Shown in pieces: positions 10,057 through 19,777 of a stretch of 64,000 bases of DNA. Location: positions 62,001 through 126,000 of IMG/VR virus record IMGVR_UViG_3300017917_003143; one strand, given 5' to 3'. The notes beneath the pieces were generated by a model. That model was given only the letters and a program-made list of their open reading frames with translations, had not been told where the DNA came from and searched no databases. The translations under genes were made by a program, and so were the position numbers. Within the stretch, counting starts at the first letter, position 1; every line of letters begins with the position of its first letter.

Positions 10057-10260
10057 ATGGCCTACACCGTTTTCAAACACAATCAAAACTATGGTCCTCG
10101 TGCAGGACTAGAAGGTCCGTTCCACTATCCCAATGGGCAGGTCTTGTACTACGATCCCAAGCAGGGCGAGTACTATGACCCACGCACAGACTTCTATGTA
10201 GACCGAGAAGATGTGGCTCTTTTACAACAGAGCATTTTTGACCGGGTTAGTGGGCACTAA
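10057..10260 (+). CDS. Hypothetical phage protein
   Basis: SD ggag; YYDPKQGEYYDP repeat. Confidence 0.6.
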   Translation: MAYTVFKHNQNYGPRAGLEGPFHYPNGQVLYYDPKQGEYYDPRTDFYVDREDVALLQQSIFDRVSGH

Positions 10261-10300
10261 CCTGCGCTGGTTGACCAGAAATATCCATTTCGGTTATAAT
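10245..10300 (+). promoter_or_regulatory. Palindrome + early promoter cassette, copy 1
   Basis: GGTTAGT-gggc-ACTAACC then TTGACC-N18-TATAAT. Confidence 0.85.
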
Positions 10301-10330
10301 ATGGGTATAGTAAGAAATTAGGAGAGCTAG

Positions 10331-10663
10331 ATGAAGCTGATGATCACGACCCAAGTGCAAGAAAACTACGGTGCCCACGATTGGGACGGCACGGGCGATT
10401 GCCCCCAGTACTGGAAGTTCAAAGGTGGCAACGACTACTCGTATGCCCTGGGCAGTCATGTTCGCAATACCGAAGCTCTTGCAGAGTTGGTCCAAGCTCT
10501 CCGTGGCCAGATCGAGTGCGATGACATTGGTTATCGCGAATACATCATAGGTTGGTCTGTGGAGTCGGACGACTATCTCACAGATTTTGAGCAAAGCCAG
10601 CTCGAATACGAAGGTAAGATCACTTACCGTACTCAAGAACTCACTCTCCTGGAGGCCGCATAA
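10331..10663 (+). CDS. Hypothetical early protein
   Basis: Strong SD; ENYGAHDWDG...QYWKFKGG. Confidence 0.65.
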   Translation: MKLMITTQVQENYGAHDWDGTGDCPQYWKFKGGNDYSYALGSHVRNTEALAELVQALRGQIECDDIGYREYIIGWSVESDDYLTDFEQSQLEYEGKITYRTQELTLLEAA

Positions 10664-10938
10664 TGCCCACGATTTCCGAAATCAATCACGCCATCATGCA
10701 AGGCGATCTTACCAACGATCAACTGGACAGCATCATTGCCGCGATCAAGTTCCGTCGCACACAGATCGCTCGCGAAATCAAACGCGAAGTCCGTGTAGGA
10801 GTGGCTGTAAAGTTCTACCATCCCAAATTGGGCATGGACGTCCATGGTACTGTGAATCGGGTGAAGCAGAAGTTCATCCTGGTGGATACCTCCAAAGGTC
10901 GTTACAATGTTCCAGCCAACCTGCTTGAGGTAGCATGA
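10663..10938 (+). CDS. Hypothetical early protein (SH3/KOW-like C-terminus)
   Basis: Translational coupling; GTVNRVKQKFILV. Confidence 0.55.
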   Translation: MPTISEINHAIMQGDLTNDQLDSIIAAIKFRRTQIAREIKREVRVGVAVKFYHPKLGMDVHGTVNRVKQKFILVDTSKGRYNVPANLLEVA

Positions 10939-11168
10939 GGTTAGATCTCAACGAAACCTTGCAATGGATTGGTGCCTTGTTTATCATAGCAGGGCACAGT
11001 CTAAACGCCATTGGTCCAGCGGCCTATCCTTACAATATCGTTACATTTTTCATAGGAACAATAATGTTTCTAATTTGGACCATCCGTGTTGCAAATAAGC
11101 CACAGATGGTTGTAAACCTTGTGGCAGTAGGCATTGGGCTCACAGGACTGGTAAAAGCATTTGGTTGA
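10935..11168 (+). CDS. Small 3-TM membrane protein (PnuC/SemiSWEET-like half transporter?)
   Basis: Three hydrophobic segments; the family call is by resemblance. Confidence 0.45.
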   Translation: MRLDLNETLQWIGALFIIAGHSLNAIGPAAYPYNIVTFFIGTIMFLIWTIRVANKPQMVVNLVAVGIGLTGLVKAFG

Positions 11169-11194
11169 CCAAAAATACCCATTTCGGTTATAAT
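11165..11194 (+). promoter_or_regulatory. Early promoter
   Basis: TTGACC-N18-TATAAT; downstream ggtatagt motif shared with other copies. Confidence 0.8.
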
Positions 11195-11223
11195 ATAGGT
11201 ATAGTGTCAAAAAAGGAGCAGAC

Positions 11224-11487
11224 ATGTACACAGTTGAAGTTTACAAAAAAGACAAGCGCACCAAAACAGGCGAGCGCCTGGTTCGCAAAGTGGATCATAG
11301 TACCGCGGACCGCGGCGCCTTGGAGCATGTGTATAAACACACCTACTTCCCCAGCCATGGATACCGTTTTGAGATCCATGAGACCTATGTGACTCGTCGG
11401 AACTTGATGGGCGGTGCAGAGTACAAAGAACGCTATGACACTCCTTATTTCTGCTCACCCAGTTCCGAATCCTATTGGAGCATGTGA
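11224..11487 (+). CDS. Hypothetical early protein
   Basis: SD aaggag. Confidence 0.6.
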   Translation: MYTVEVYKKDKRTKTGERLVRKVDHSTADRGALEHVYKHTYFPSHGYRFEIHETYVTRRNLMGGAEYKERYDTPYFCSPSSESYWSM

Positions 11488-11882
11488 TGGCTTTGAAAAT
11501 CTATGAAGAGGTCACAGAATGGACGGGTATCGAATATCGAAAACCTAACCATGTGTACCTCATGGATGGTGACAAGGTCTATGGTTACAGTCCCTGGGGA
11601 ACCGAACCTCCACGGTACATGAAGACCTTCTTGCGTATCGACAAGCGCGGTCGCAAGTTCGTTGAGTCCAAACAGAACCAATGGAAATTTGATCTCTCTA
11701 TCCGTACCGAAGAACCCGTGAAAGAACCAGAACCACAAGGACAGGTTTGGACAGTAGCAGGATCAAAAGGTAATCAATATTTCGTCAACCTAAATGCCGG
11801 TCATTGGTCTTGCACTTGCCCTGGGCATGGGTTCCGAGGCCGTTGCCGCCACGTGGACGAGATCGCCAAAACTGTAGCATAA
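11487..11882 (+). CDS. SWIM zinc-finger protein
   Basis: WSCTCPGHGFRGRCRH (CxC...CxH). Confidence 0.8.
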   Translation: MALKIYEEVTEWTGIEYRKPNHVYLMDGDKVYGYSPWGTEPPRYMKTFLRIDKRGRKFVESKQNQWKFDLSIRTEEPVKEPEPQGQVWTVAGSKGNQYFVNLNAGHWSCTCPGHGFRGRCRHVDEIAKTVA

Positions 11883-11992
11883 GGCAAAGTAGATCGCCAA
11901 AAAAGTAGACCTTGCCCGCAAAGTTTGCTATACTAGTCCTACGCTGAAGCAATTATATTGATCGGCGATTTACTTTAAAGGAAAATCATAAA

Positions 11993-12265
11993 ATGATTAC
12001 TCGATTCAACGAAGAAACTAAGACTTACAAACTATTCAACGCTCTCCATTCTGGCGACGTTGTGACTCCTGCTCAGGCACAGAAGCGTTTTGGCATTAAG
12101 AATATTTCTGCCGAAGTTAGCCGCATCCGCCAAGCTGGTTTTGCTGTTTATGCAAACCGTCGTACAGCTGGCAACGGTGTTCAGGTAACTGAATACGTCA
12201 TGGGCAAACCAAGCCGCAAGATCGTGGCCGCTGGTTACAAAGCTCTTGCAATGGGCTTGGTCTAA
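11993..12265 (+). CDS. Winged-helix DNA-binding protein
   Basis: VTPAQAQKRFGIKNISAEVSRIRQAGF pattern; own promoter (TAGACC..TATACT) and terminator. Confidence 0.65.
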   Translation: MITRFNEETKTYKLFNALHSGDVVTPAQAQKRFGIKNISAEVSRIRQAGFAVYANRRTAGNGVQVTEYVMGKPSRKIVAAGYKALAMGLV

Positions 12266-12304
12266 TATAGAGTCCGCTGGTCGCATCAAAACGACCACCT
12301 CTGC

Positions 12305-12330
12305 AAAAAGGCTACTTCGGTAGCCTTTTT
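12305..12330 (+). terminator. Intrinsic terminator with UUCG loop
   Basis: aaaaaggctac-ttcg-gtagccttttt. Confidence 0.9.
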
Positions 12331-12462
12331 CTTTGCCAAAATCAGTTGACAAATTTGTTTTGTTATGTAATAATGTGATTGTGTTTAATACACCGCCCGA
12401 TATCTTTTGATAGTCAGGGTGTATCTAGATTTACGCATTCAAACCTTAAAGGAGAAACGAAT

Positions 12463-13386
12463 ATGCGAACAGTAACAAAAAAACCTTCTATTCCCGCTTC
12501 AGTGGAAAAATTTATTGGTATCGAATGGGGCACCTGGGCGCCCGGTGATAGAATCCCTGTTAATACTCCATTGAGTAAATGCCAACGAGATTACAAAAAA
12601 CAAAACGTCTACAAATATATTACCAAAATTGGCGGTCTTGACAAAAATCTATTTGGGTACGCTACTGCTGTTCGTCGCAAAAGTGATGGAAAACTAGCAC
12701 TAATCAATGGTCAGCATCGAATTCAATTAGTTAAAATTGTTAGTCCTACAACCCAAGAAGTTCCGGCACATATCATTGATGTCGAGGATGCTGACTTTGA
12801 AACATATGGTAGTAAACTATTCCACGAGTTTAATGGAACTGTAAGTAAAGGTTTGAGCAACGAAGAACAATTTTATGCTCAAGTCTTGAGTCAAGATCCT
12901 GAAGCACTTAAAATTAAAAAATTACTTGAGGACTGTGGATTAAGTTGCGGAAAAGTTAATAATGTAAACGGAACGTATCCGGTAGACTATGCTACATTTG
13001 TTAAATGTAGAAAACTTGGAGAATCGTTTACAATTCGTGCCGCCAAGTTACTTACTACCGGGTTTGATACTTGTAATACTGATGTTCTACACGGTCTTGT
13101 ATTTTTGTTTAGCAATCCACACTATTCTGAATTAGCCGACAACACCAAGGCCGTTGGGCAACAATTTGAACACTGGCTCACTGTATTCCTACCTACTTTC
13201 ATTGGGATCAATGATCTTAAATATAAAGACTATCGTCAAGGTGCCTGGCAGAAAGGTGTTGCTTACGGTATTGCCCAGAGCTTTGCTAAACGACAACGAA
13301 ACAATGGCCGGTACGCCCCATCAATTGCTGAAATCAAAGAAATTTGGAAAAAAGGATTTCAAAAGGAAGATAGCGGTATATTATAA
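12463..13386 (+). CDS. ParB/Srx-like DGQHR-type domain protein (NGQHR variant)
   Basis: CQRDY ... LINGQHR; SD aaggag before ATG 12463. Confidence 0.7.
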   Translation: MRTVTKKPSIPASVEKFIGIEWGTWAPGDRIPVNTPLSKCQRDYKKQNVYKYITKIGGLDKNLFGYATAVRRKSDGKLALINGQHRIQLVKIVSPTTQEVPAHIIDVEDADFETYGSKLFHEFNGTVSKGLSNEEQFYAQVLSQDPEALKIKKLLEDCGLSCGKVNNVNGTYPVDYATFVKCRKLGESFTIRAAKLLTTGFDTCNTDVLHGLVFLFSNPHYSELADNTKAVGQQFEHWLTVFLPTFIGINDLKYKDYRQGAWQKGVAYGIAQSFAKRQRNNGRYAPSIAEIKEIWKKGFQKEDSGIL

Positions 13387-13388
13387 AC

Positions 13389-13412
13389 AAAAGGACCCTA
13401 GGGTCCTTTTTT
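13389..13412 (+). terminator. Intrinsic terminator
   Basis: aaaaggaccc-ta-gggtcctttttt. Confidence 0.8.
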
Positions 13413-13436
13413 CTTTAGAATTAGCAAGGATAACTC

Positions 13437-13871
13437 ATGACACCAAATACACATTTGGTGGATCCAGCTGTAAGATCTTGGTTGATGAAATTCTCTGACA
13501 TTGACTACTATGAAGTTAACGAATTTTTAACCGAAGATACAGAACAGCCATTCCACCTACTACTGAACAAAGACATATACGATTATAGATCTCGGGCCAA
13601 GGTGCATCAGATTTTTGAAAAATTTCATGGATCTCCAGTTTACAATGAGCTAGAAACCAAAAAAGGTTTATATGAAGTATTTGTTTTCCCCAACTCTTCT
13701 TTGTGTTGGCAAGCAAGACTGACAATCGGGGACAAATGGACTTATCATGGAATTTACCAGCACACTGAAGACACCATACCAGTTTACAACCCGTCTACAC
13801 GGGAAATAAAACAAGTTCCGGCTAATAAAAGCAAGCTTCATCAGTTACTCAAAAATATCCGTAAGAAGTGA
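13437..13871 (+). CDS. Hypothetical protein
   Basis: SD aagga; ORF track. Confidence 0.55.
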   Translation: MTPNTHLVDPAVRSWLMKFSDIDYYEVNEFLTEDTEQPFHLLLNKDIYDYRSRAKVHQIFEKFHGSPVYNELETKKGLYEVFVFPNSSLCWQARLTIGDKWTYHGIYQHTEDTIPVYNPSTREIKQVPANKSKLHQLLKNIRKK

Positions 13872-13906
13872 TTGACCAGAAAAGACATTTCCTATATAAT
13901 ACTTGT

Positions 13907-14371
13907 ATGCTTAAAAAACTCTTTCAACGCATGGGCCGATATCGTGTTATCATGGATCGGCAAGACAACGAGCCTTATCTGGAGCGGTACTACCTGTTCC
14001 TCAAAGATAGGAAACGGTTCCCGTTCAATGTGTTTTTGCACAAATTCTTAAAAGGAGATCCCGACGATGTACATGATCACCCATGGCCGTATTGTACTTT
14101 CATACTTGCAGGAGGCTACTATGAGTGGGTTCCGCAGTTTGATGCTCAAGGCCGAAAGTCTTGCGAGGTTCGCCATTGGCGTGGGCCCGGACACTTTCGC
14201 ATCTGCGGTGCTAATAGTTATCATCGTATTGAGCTCAAGCCTGGCGTGACTGCCTGGACCTTGTTCATGCCTGGGCCACAGCGCCAAGATTGGGGATTCA
14301 TGTATAATAACAACTGGGTCCAACACGAAGAATATTTCAAACTCAAACGACTTCTCAACTCAAAGGAGTAA
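13907..14371 (+). CDS. Cupin-fold protein
   Basis: HKF...DVHDHPW...GGYYE and YHRIEL; directly after TTGACC..TATAAT-N6-ATG. Confidence 0.7.
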   Translation: MLKKLFQRMGRYRVIMDRQDNEPYLERYYLFLKDRKRFPFNVFLHKFLKGDPDDVHDHPWPYCTFILAGGYYEWVPQFDAQGRKSCEVRHWRGPGHFRICGANSYHRIELKPGVTAWTLFMPGPQRQDWGFMYNNNWVQHEEYFKLKRLLNSKE

Positions 14372-14373
14372 GC

Positions 14374-14919
14374 ATGCCTAATTGGTGTAGTAACACACTC
14401 ACACTCGCCCACGGAGATCCTGCTGAGATCGCTCGTGCCGCAGAAGCCTTCCGACGTGGAGAACTGCTCAACGAGTTTGTTCCTTTGCCCGAAGCTGAAA
14501 AAGACAACTGGTACGATTGGCATGTCTCTAACTGGGGTACCAAATGGGACGTGGGAGGAGACGACTACGGTGAGCCCACAGTGTCTGAAGATGGGCGTAG
14601 CATGAGCGTGAACTTTGATTCAGCCTGGGCACCACCTACTCAATGGTATGAGCGCATGGTGGAAATGGGGTTTGATGTTGATGCTATGTATTACGAATCG
14701 GGCATGGCCTTTGCTGGTAAGTATGTTGACGGCTATGATGATTACTACGAGTTCTCCAACATGACCAGCGCAGAAGTCCGCGACATGTTGCCAGAGGACC
14801 TGGATGAAATGTTTGGCATCACTGAAATGATGGCCGAGTACGAAGACGAAGAACCGCTCACCGAGTGGTATGTGGAAGGTGCCAAGGAAAAAGGATTGAT
14901 CAAAGATGGAAACGACTGA
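14374..14919 (+). CDS. YubB/Api92-like (ferredoxin-like fold) protein
   Basis: MPNWCSN start, WYDWHVSNWGTKWD, FDSAWAPP. Confidence 0.75.
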   Translation: MPNWCSNTLTLAHGDPAEIARAAEAFRRGELLNEFVPLPEAEKDNWYDWHVSNWGTKWDVGGDDYGEPTVSEDGRSMSVNFDSAWAPPTQWYERMVEMGFDVDAMYYESGMAFAGKYVDGYDDYYEFSNMTSAEVRDMLPEDLDEMFGITEMMAEYEDEEPLTEWYVEGAKEKGLIKDGND

Positions 14920-15271
14920 CATTTTATTGTATATTGCTCTGGGCATCTGCATTGGTGTCTGGTTGTTTTACTTCACGCTCAAATTGATCATACGCAGGCT
15001 CTTAGCAAGGATCGAAAATGATCTTGAAGAGGCCTTGGAAAAACACCAGGAAGAAAAGACGATCCCTTGCCGGGTGGAATTGCACAATGCGATGTTTTTC
15101 GTGTATAATAACGAAACCAACGAATTCATGGCACAGGGCAAGGATCTAAAAGAATTGCGTGAGCATATCAAATTTCGGTGGGCCGACAAAAAAGTCAGCG
15201 TGGTCGCTGGCGAAGAAAATGTATTAGACCAACTAAGGGCACAACTAAATGAAAGTAGCAGTAGCCAGTGA
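14906..15271 (+). CDS. Membrane-anchored hypothetical protein
   Basis: N-terminal TM helix. Confidence 0.55.
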   Translation: METTDILLYIALGICIGVWLFYFTLKLIIRRLLARIENDLEEALEKHQEEKTIPCRVELHNAMFFVYNNETNEFMAQGKDLKELREHIKFRWADKKVSVVAGEENVLDQLRAQLNESSSSQ

Positions 15272-16118
15272 CATACACTTGGAGTTTGGAGATCTTGATC
15301 TACCCAATACCGACAGTGCTGATGTCTTGATCCTAAGTGGAGATATCTGTGTGGCCCGTGATATCGGTCGCCCGGATCCCAACAACATCATAGAAGGCGC
15401 CCGTAGCCAACGAGTACGAGACTTCTTCCAGCGTGTGAGTTCTGCGTTCCCGCATGTGGTTTTTGTCATGGGCAATCATGAACATTATCATGGTGACTTT
15501 GCCAAGAGCTACAGCACGATCAAGAACATGCTGGCCGATCATCATCTCCATAATGTGTATCTCTTGGAAAAAGAAACCAAGGAGATTGACGGGTGGATGT
15601 TTATCGGTGGCACACTATGGACCGACTTCAATGGTGGTGATTTACAGACCATGCAACATGCGTCTTGGGGCATGAACGACTACAACGGCATCAAGAACAG
15701 CGACTCTGGTCACGCTCACGGTATCTGGAAATTGATCCCTGAAGCCACACTGAAAGATCACTACAAGATGAAAAGTTATATCCAAACAGTGTTGGCCAAT
15801 CGACGAGCACAAGGTCTGCGTGATCGCCGTGTGGTAGTGGTAGGACATCATGCGCCTAGCAGAGCCAGCACACATCCCAGATATCAACACGATATCCTGA
15901 TGAATGGTTGCTATAGCAGTGCTTTGGACAACATCATGTTGGACAATCCGGAAATCGTGTTATGGACACATGGCCACACTCACGAAGATTTTGACTACAT
16001 GATTGGATCCACTCGTGTGGTCTGTAACCCACGTGGCTATATTGGCTACGAAGACAAGGCAGATCGATGGCAGGCAAAATACATAGATTTGGACAGTATC
16101 TCCGCTATAGCGGAGTAA
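15249..16118 (+). CDS. Calcineurin-like metallophosphoesterase
   Basis: SDIH, SGD, GNHEH, HH, HGHTH motifs. Confidence 0.92.
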   Translation: MKVAVASDIHLEFGDLDLPNTDSADVLILSGDICVARDIGRPDPNNIIEGARSQRVRDFFQRVSSAFPHVVFVMGNHEHYHGDFAKSYSTIKNMLADHHLHNVYLLEKETKEIDGWMFIGGTLWTDFNGGDLQTMQHASWGMNDYNGIKNSDSGHAHGIWKLIPEATLKDHYKMKSYIQTVLANRRAQGLRDRRVVVVGHHAPSRASTHPRYQHDILMNGCYSSALDNIMLDNPEIVLWTHGHTHEDFDYMIGSTRVVCNPRGYIGYEDKADRWQAKYIDLDSISAIAE

Positions 16119-16307
16119 GCATCATCATCTCCTTGAATCCACTTTGGTGGAAAGTGTTGCCTTGGTTTCGAGAAGAAACCACAGCAGAATGGGGATCAGC
16201 TGAACGTACCTATGCCGCTGGATTCTTAGGACTGACTGTCCGGGTTTGGATCGACTCGGGAGATTGGTGATCGTTGACCAGAAATCAATAATAAAGTATA
16301 ATACATA

Positions 16308-16687
16308 ATGAATCAAAAAATCAAAGACCTAATGGCGCAGGCTGGAACAGATGTCAGCGGCAAATGGATGAGTGTTGACCATGCTGAGCGATTTGTTGAC
16401 TTGATGATCAAAGAGTGTTTTGAATATCTTGACGATGATACAGAGCAAAAGATTCGACAACATTTTGGAGTTTATTGATGAATGAACGTTTTAAACAACT
16501 GAGTTTGTTGGCTGGTGGTAGTCATTATCCTTCAATCAATCCTGACATGCAACAGAAATTTGGCGAGTTGATCGTCCAGGAATGTGCTAGGATCGCTGAT
16601 ACTGAACGAGACAATTCTGTAGGTTGCGGGTATATCACCAAGACCAAGGGCATGCTGATCAAAGAATATTTTGGAATCGATCAATGA
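16308..16687 (+). CDS. Two tandem paralogous small ORFs (16308-16478, 16475-16687)
   Basis: Both follow the pattern MN.rIK.L...F.eLi..EC...I..hFG.; promoter TTGACC..TATAAT directly upstream. Confidence 0.6.
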
Positions 16688-17409
16688 AAGTTTATATTTC
16701 TAACTATCGCAATCACTGGATCTCGCCTTACAAGATCCTGGAGTATGCTTTTTTCTGGACTGACTGGTCAAAGTGTGGTCGTTGGACCTTGACTCAGAGC
16801 CTGGAAGATGAAAAGAGAGAAAAGAGTCAATATGTAGATCATCCTGAGTGGGTTGATCGCTGGGCCGATAGGCTGATGCCAATATCCACTGCAATACAGT
16901 GGGTGCTGGATCGTGTGCATCCTCAGGCGAGATATGTGAAAATCGATCGCTGGGACACATGGAGCATGGATCATACACTGTCATACATCGTGTTGCCCAT
17001 GCTGAAACAACTCAAAGCGACCAAACACGGTGCTCCCAACGTCGACGATGAGGATGTACCCGAACATCTGCGTAGCACAGCCGCACCTGCCAAGGAAAAT
17101 GAGTGGGATACCGATGGCAATCACTTCCTGCGTTGGGATTGGGCACTGGACGAAATGATCTTTGCCTTTGAGAAAAAAGCACAGGATGATTGGGCTGAGG
17201 AATTCCACTCTGGCGAAATTGATTGGCTGTGGGTGCCCGTGGACCGAGACGGCAACGAAGTACCCAAGGGTGAACACAAATACTATGAGATGAAGCACGG
17301 TCCTAATCATACCCACGAACTTGACATGGATGGTATGAAGAAGGTGCAGGATCGTATTTCAAATGGTTTCCGACTTTTTGGCAAATACTACGAGGCGTTA
17401 TGGGACTAA
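16684..17409 (+). CDS. Hypothetical phage protein
   Basis: Long ORF; ATG at 16684 overlaps the previous stop. Confidence 0.6.
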   Translation: MKVYISNYRNHWISPYKILEYAFFWTDWSKCGRWTLTQSLEDEKREKSQYVDHPEWVDRWADRLMPISTAIQWVLDRVHPQARYVKIDRWDTWSMDHTLSYIVLPMLKQLKATKHGAPNVDDEDVPEHLRSTAAPAKENEWDTDGNHFLRWDWALDEMIFAFEKKAQDDWAEEFHSGEIDWLWVPVDRDGNEVPKGEHKYYEMKHGPNHTHELDMDGMKKVQDRISNGFRLFGKYYEALWD

Positions 17410-18107
17410 CAAACACAGCAACTATCAATCTCAAGGAACTGTTCGAAGATTGGGAAACAGACATCATACGCAAGAATAAAACTGCCCAAGAAGTGGCCTT
17501 TGCTGATGATCCCATCGCCCTGAGTTGGGCCAGCTACGGAGTTTGGATTCGTAGAGGAACTCGCTGGGTTGGTCTCAATGAAGTTGAAGCTCATGCACAT
17601 GATCGTGAGATCGCCGCAGAAACTCGCAGGTACTATCGCGACAAGCTCATGCTACAGACTTTGAAAGGTCGTCCACTCAGTGAATTCCAGACTGTGTTGT
17701 ATGGTATCGTGTCAGGCGAGGCTCCTATCATGAGTGACCAGATTGGCGTCATCATGAAACTGCCTTACTTCTACACAGAAGACAGGACCTTGGCTGAAGT
17801 GTTTGATCGGACACAGCCTCTGGACAAACACGAGTTCATGGCCGAAGCTCGTGAGGACACTATCACTCCTGTGAGCATGGTATTCTCCAGCAGGAAGAAC
17901 AACGAAACCTATCAGTATTGGTTCGCAGACAGTGTTGGCCGTGCCACGCTGTGGGCAGTCAACGCCCAGAATCCCTTGCGCAGTTTGGTAGACAGCTTGT
18001 TCAAACAGCAACGGCCGATGAAGATACGTGCCAACTGGCATTACAAAAAACATTTCCCTTCCGACAGGGTATCCTGGAATCTCGGAAATGTGGAGTTGGT
18101 ATCTTGA
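17400..18107 (+). CDS. Hypothetical phage protein
   Basis: ORF track, operon context. Confidence 0.55.
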   Translation: MGLTNTATINLKELFEDWETDIIRKNKTAQEVAFADDPIALSWASYGVWIRRGTRWVGLNEVEAHAHDREIAAETRRYYRDKLMLQTLKGRPLSEFQTVLYGIVSGEAPIMSDQIGVIMKLPYFYTEDRTLAEVFDRTQPLDKHEFMAEAREDTITPVSMVFSSRKNNETYQYWFADSVGRATLWAVNAQNPLRSLVDSLFKQQRPMKIRANWHYKKHFPSDRVSWNLGNVELVS

Positions 18108-18693
18108 GCATGAAACACCTGGTTGAAGAGCTCATGTTAGCCCAACACGGTAGGACAGCACAAGAAGAACTCACAGCAGAAAGTTATGAACGCTGGTGTA
18201 GGGGTTATATATTTGATGCCATCAAGGATCAAAGATTTGGTCAAGCATTCTGCAATCACTTTGGTGTCACAGACAATCTGTTGTTCTATGAGAGGAACAC
18301 AGAAAAGGCCCAGCAGTATGTAAAAAAGCATTATTTAAAATGAAATGGCTCGTGAGTTTTAGACAAGAACAACGCAACTGTTGTCCTCCGGGCAAATATT
18401 GGATAGCAAGGAAAGAAGTAGTAGAAGCACCATCGGCCGACCAGGCCAAACAACAAGTAGAAAACGGATGGCGTTATAACCATCGCATAGTGATCAAAGA
18501 CGTGACAAGGATAGATGATGAACAACAAGGAAAATGATATGATTTGTACAGGTAATGTCCCCCCGCAGTTGATTATGGGCATGGAACTGTATCAGCTTTA
18601 TATGCAAGGCATGATGAATTACTGGCAACTATGGGCTACAATGACCGGGGTCAATCAGTGGACGGCTTACATGAACAAACATCAGGACAGTGA

Positions 18694-19140
18694 ATGAAAC
18701 TGTACTTTGCCTACGGCGCAAATCTCAGCAGAGACAGCATGTCACACCGTTGTCCTCAAGCCAGACCCTTCCAGAGTTTCTATTTGCGGGGATGGGAACT
18801 GGGTTTTGCTACCCATGCCACTATCCGACCCAATCCAGGAAAAGTCGTTCCCGGGGCCTTGTGGCGCATCACTGACGACTGCGAGTGGAACCTTGACTCA
18901 TTCGAAGGCTATCCCAAATACTACGGTAAACGCATACTTGAACAAGACGGTTATGAGTTCATGGTCTATGTCATGAACAATCCTCAATATGGGACCACTT
19001 ACGAATCCTATGTTGACCTAATACATGCCGGGTATCAGGATTGGAACCTTGATTCGGCTCCTCTTTGGGACGCGGTTGACCAGATACAACTTCCTGTGTA
19101 TAATGATAAAGAATGGCAATACTCCACAGCAATCTCCTAG
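18694..19140 (+). CDS. Gamma-glutamylcyclotransferase (GGCT/AIG2-like)
   Basis: LYFAYGANL start, LDSFEGYP. Confidence 0.85.
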   Translation: MKLYFAYGANLSRDSMSHRCPQARPFQSFYLRGWELGFATHATIRPNPGKVVPGALWRITDDCEWNLDSFEGYPKYYGKRILEQDGYEFMVYVMNNPQYGTTYESYVDLIHAGYQDWNLDSAPLWDAVDQIQLPVYNDKEWQYSTAIS

Positions 19141-19376
19141 ACGAAGCTTTTAAAAAGCAGATAAACTGGAGAGACAAAGACAGTTTTGCTTATGCCTTGG
19201 AGATTCGCAAACCATTTGGTGCGTTGGACGAAGTACTGAAATGGTGCAAAGGCGAACTGCAAAATGATTGGCGGTGGCAGATGGTGGAGATGGCCAACGA
19301 TAGGAATCCTGGAAGGTACATTTTTTACTTTGATTCTGAACAGGATTATTTTGCGTGTTTTTTGAAATGGAGTTAA
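19113..19376 (+). CDS. Hypothetical protein
   Basis: Preceded by TTGACC(19076)-N17-TATAAT(19099). Confidence 0.55.
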   Translation: MAILHSNLLDEAFKKQINWRDKDSFAYALEIRKPFGALDEVLKWCKGELQNDWRWQMVEMANDRNPGRYIFYFDSEQDYFACFLKWS

Positions 19377-19378
19377 AG

Positions 19379-19645
19379 ATGAGCGTATCAAATATCAAAG
19401 GATTTTTGTCTTGGCAGTTCCAAGGAACTTTCAAGAATCCAAGTTTTTACGGCATGATGATCAGTGTCTTGGGTCTTGTGGCCGCCGCGGCAGGATGCCC
19501 GGCACCGTGGCCTATGATCATGAACATCGGTGGTGTGGTCATTGTCATGGCTGACTTGACTTACTCCTGGATCAAGTGGAGTTATCAACTGTATCGCATG
19601 GAACAAGATCGCATCGTGCGTGAACTGGCAAGAAAAGAACAATGA
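19379..19645 (+). CDS. 2-TM membrane protein
   Basis: Two hydrophobic helices. Confidence 0.55.
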   Translation: MSVSNIKGFLSWQFQGTFKNPSFYGMMISVLGLVAAAAGCPAPWPMIMNIGGVVIVMADLTYSWIKWSYQLYRMEQDRIVRELARKEQ

Positions 19646-19777
19646 AGTATCTACAGTACATCTTAGTGGCCACTATCACCCTCAACATATTCTTGTTCTG
19701 GGGAACTGATGCAGTGTATGGTTGGGTGGTAGCATTGGCAGGTTGGGTACCACACTTATTTGACAGGAAAGCGAATC

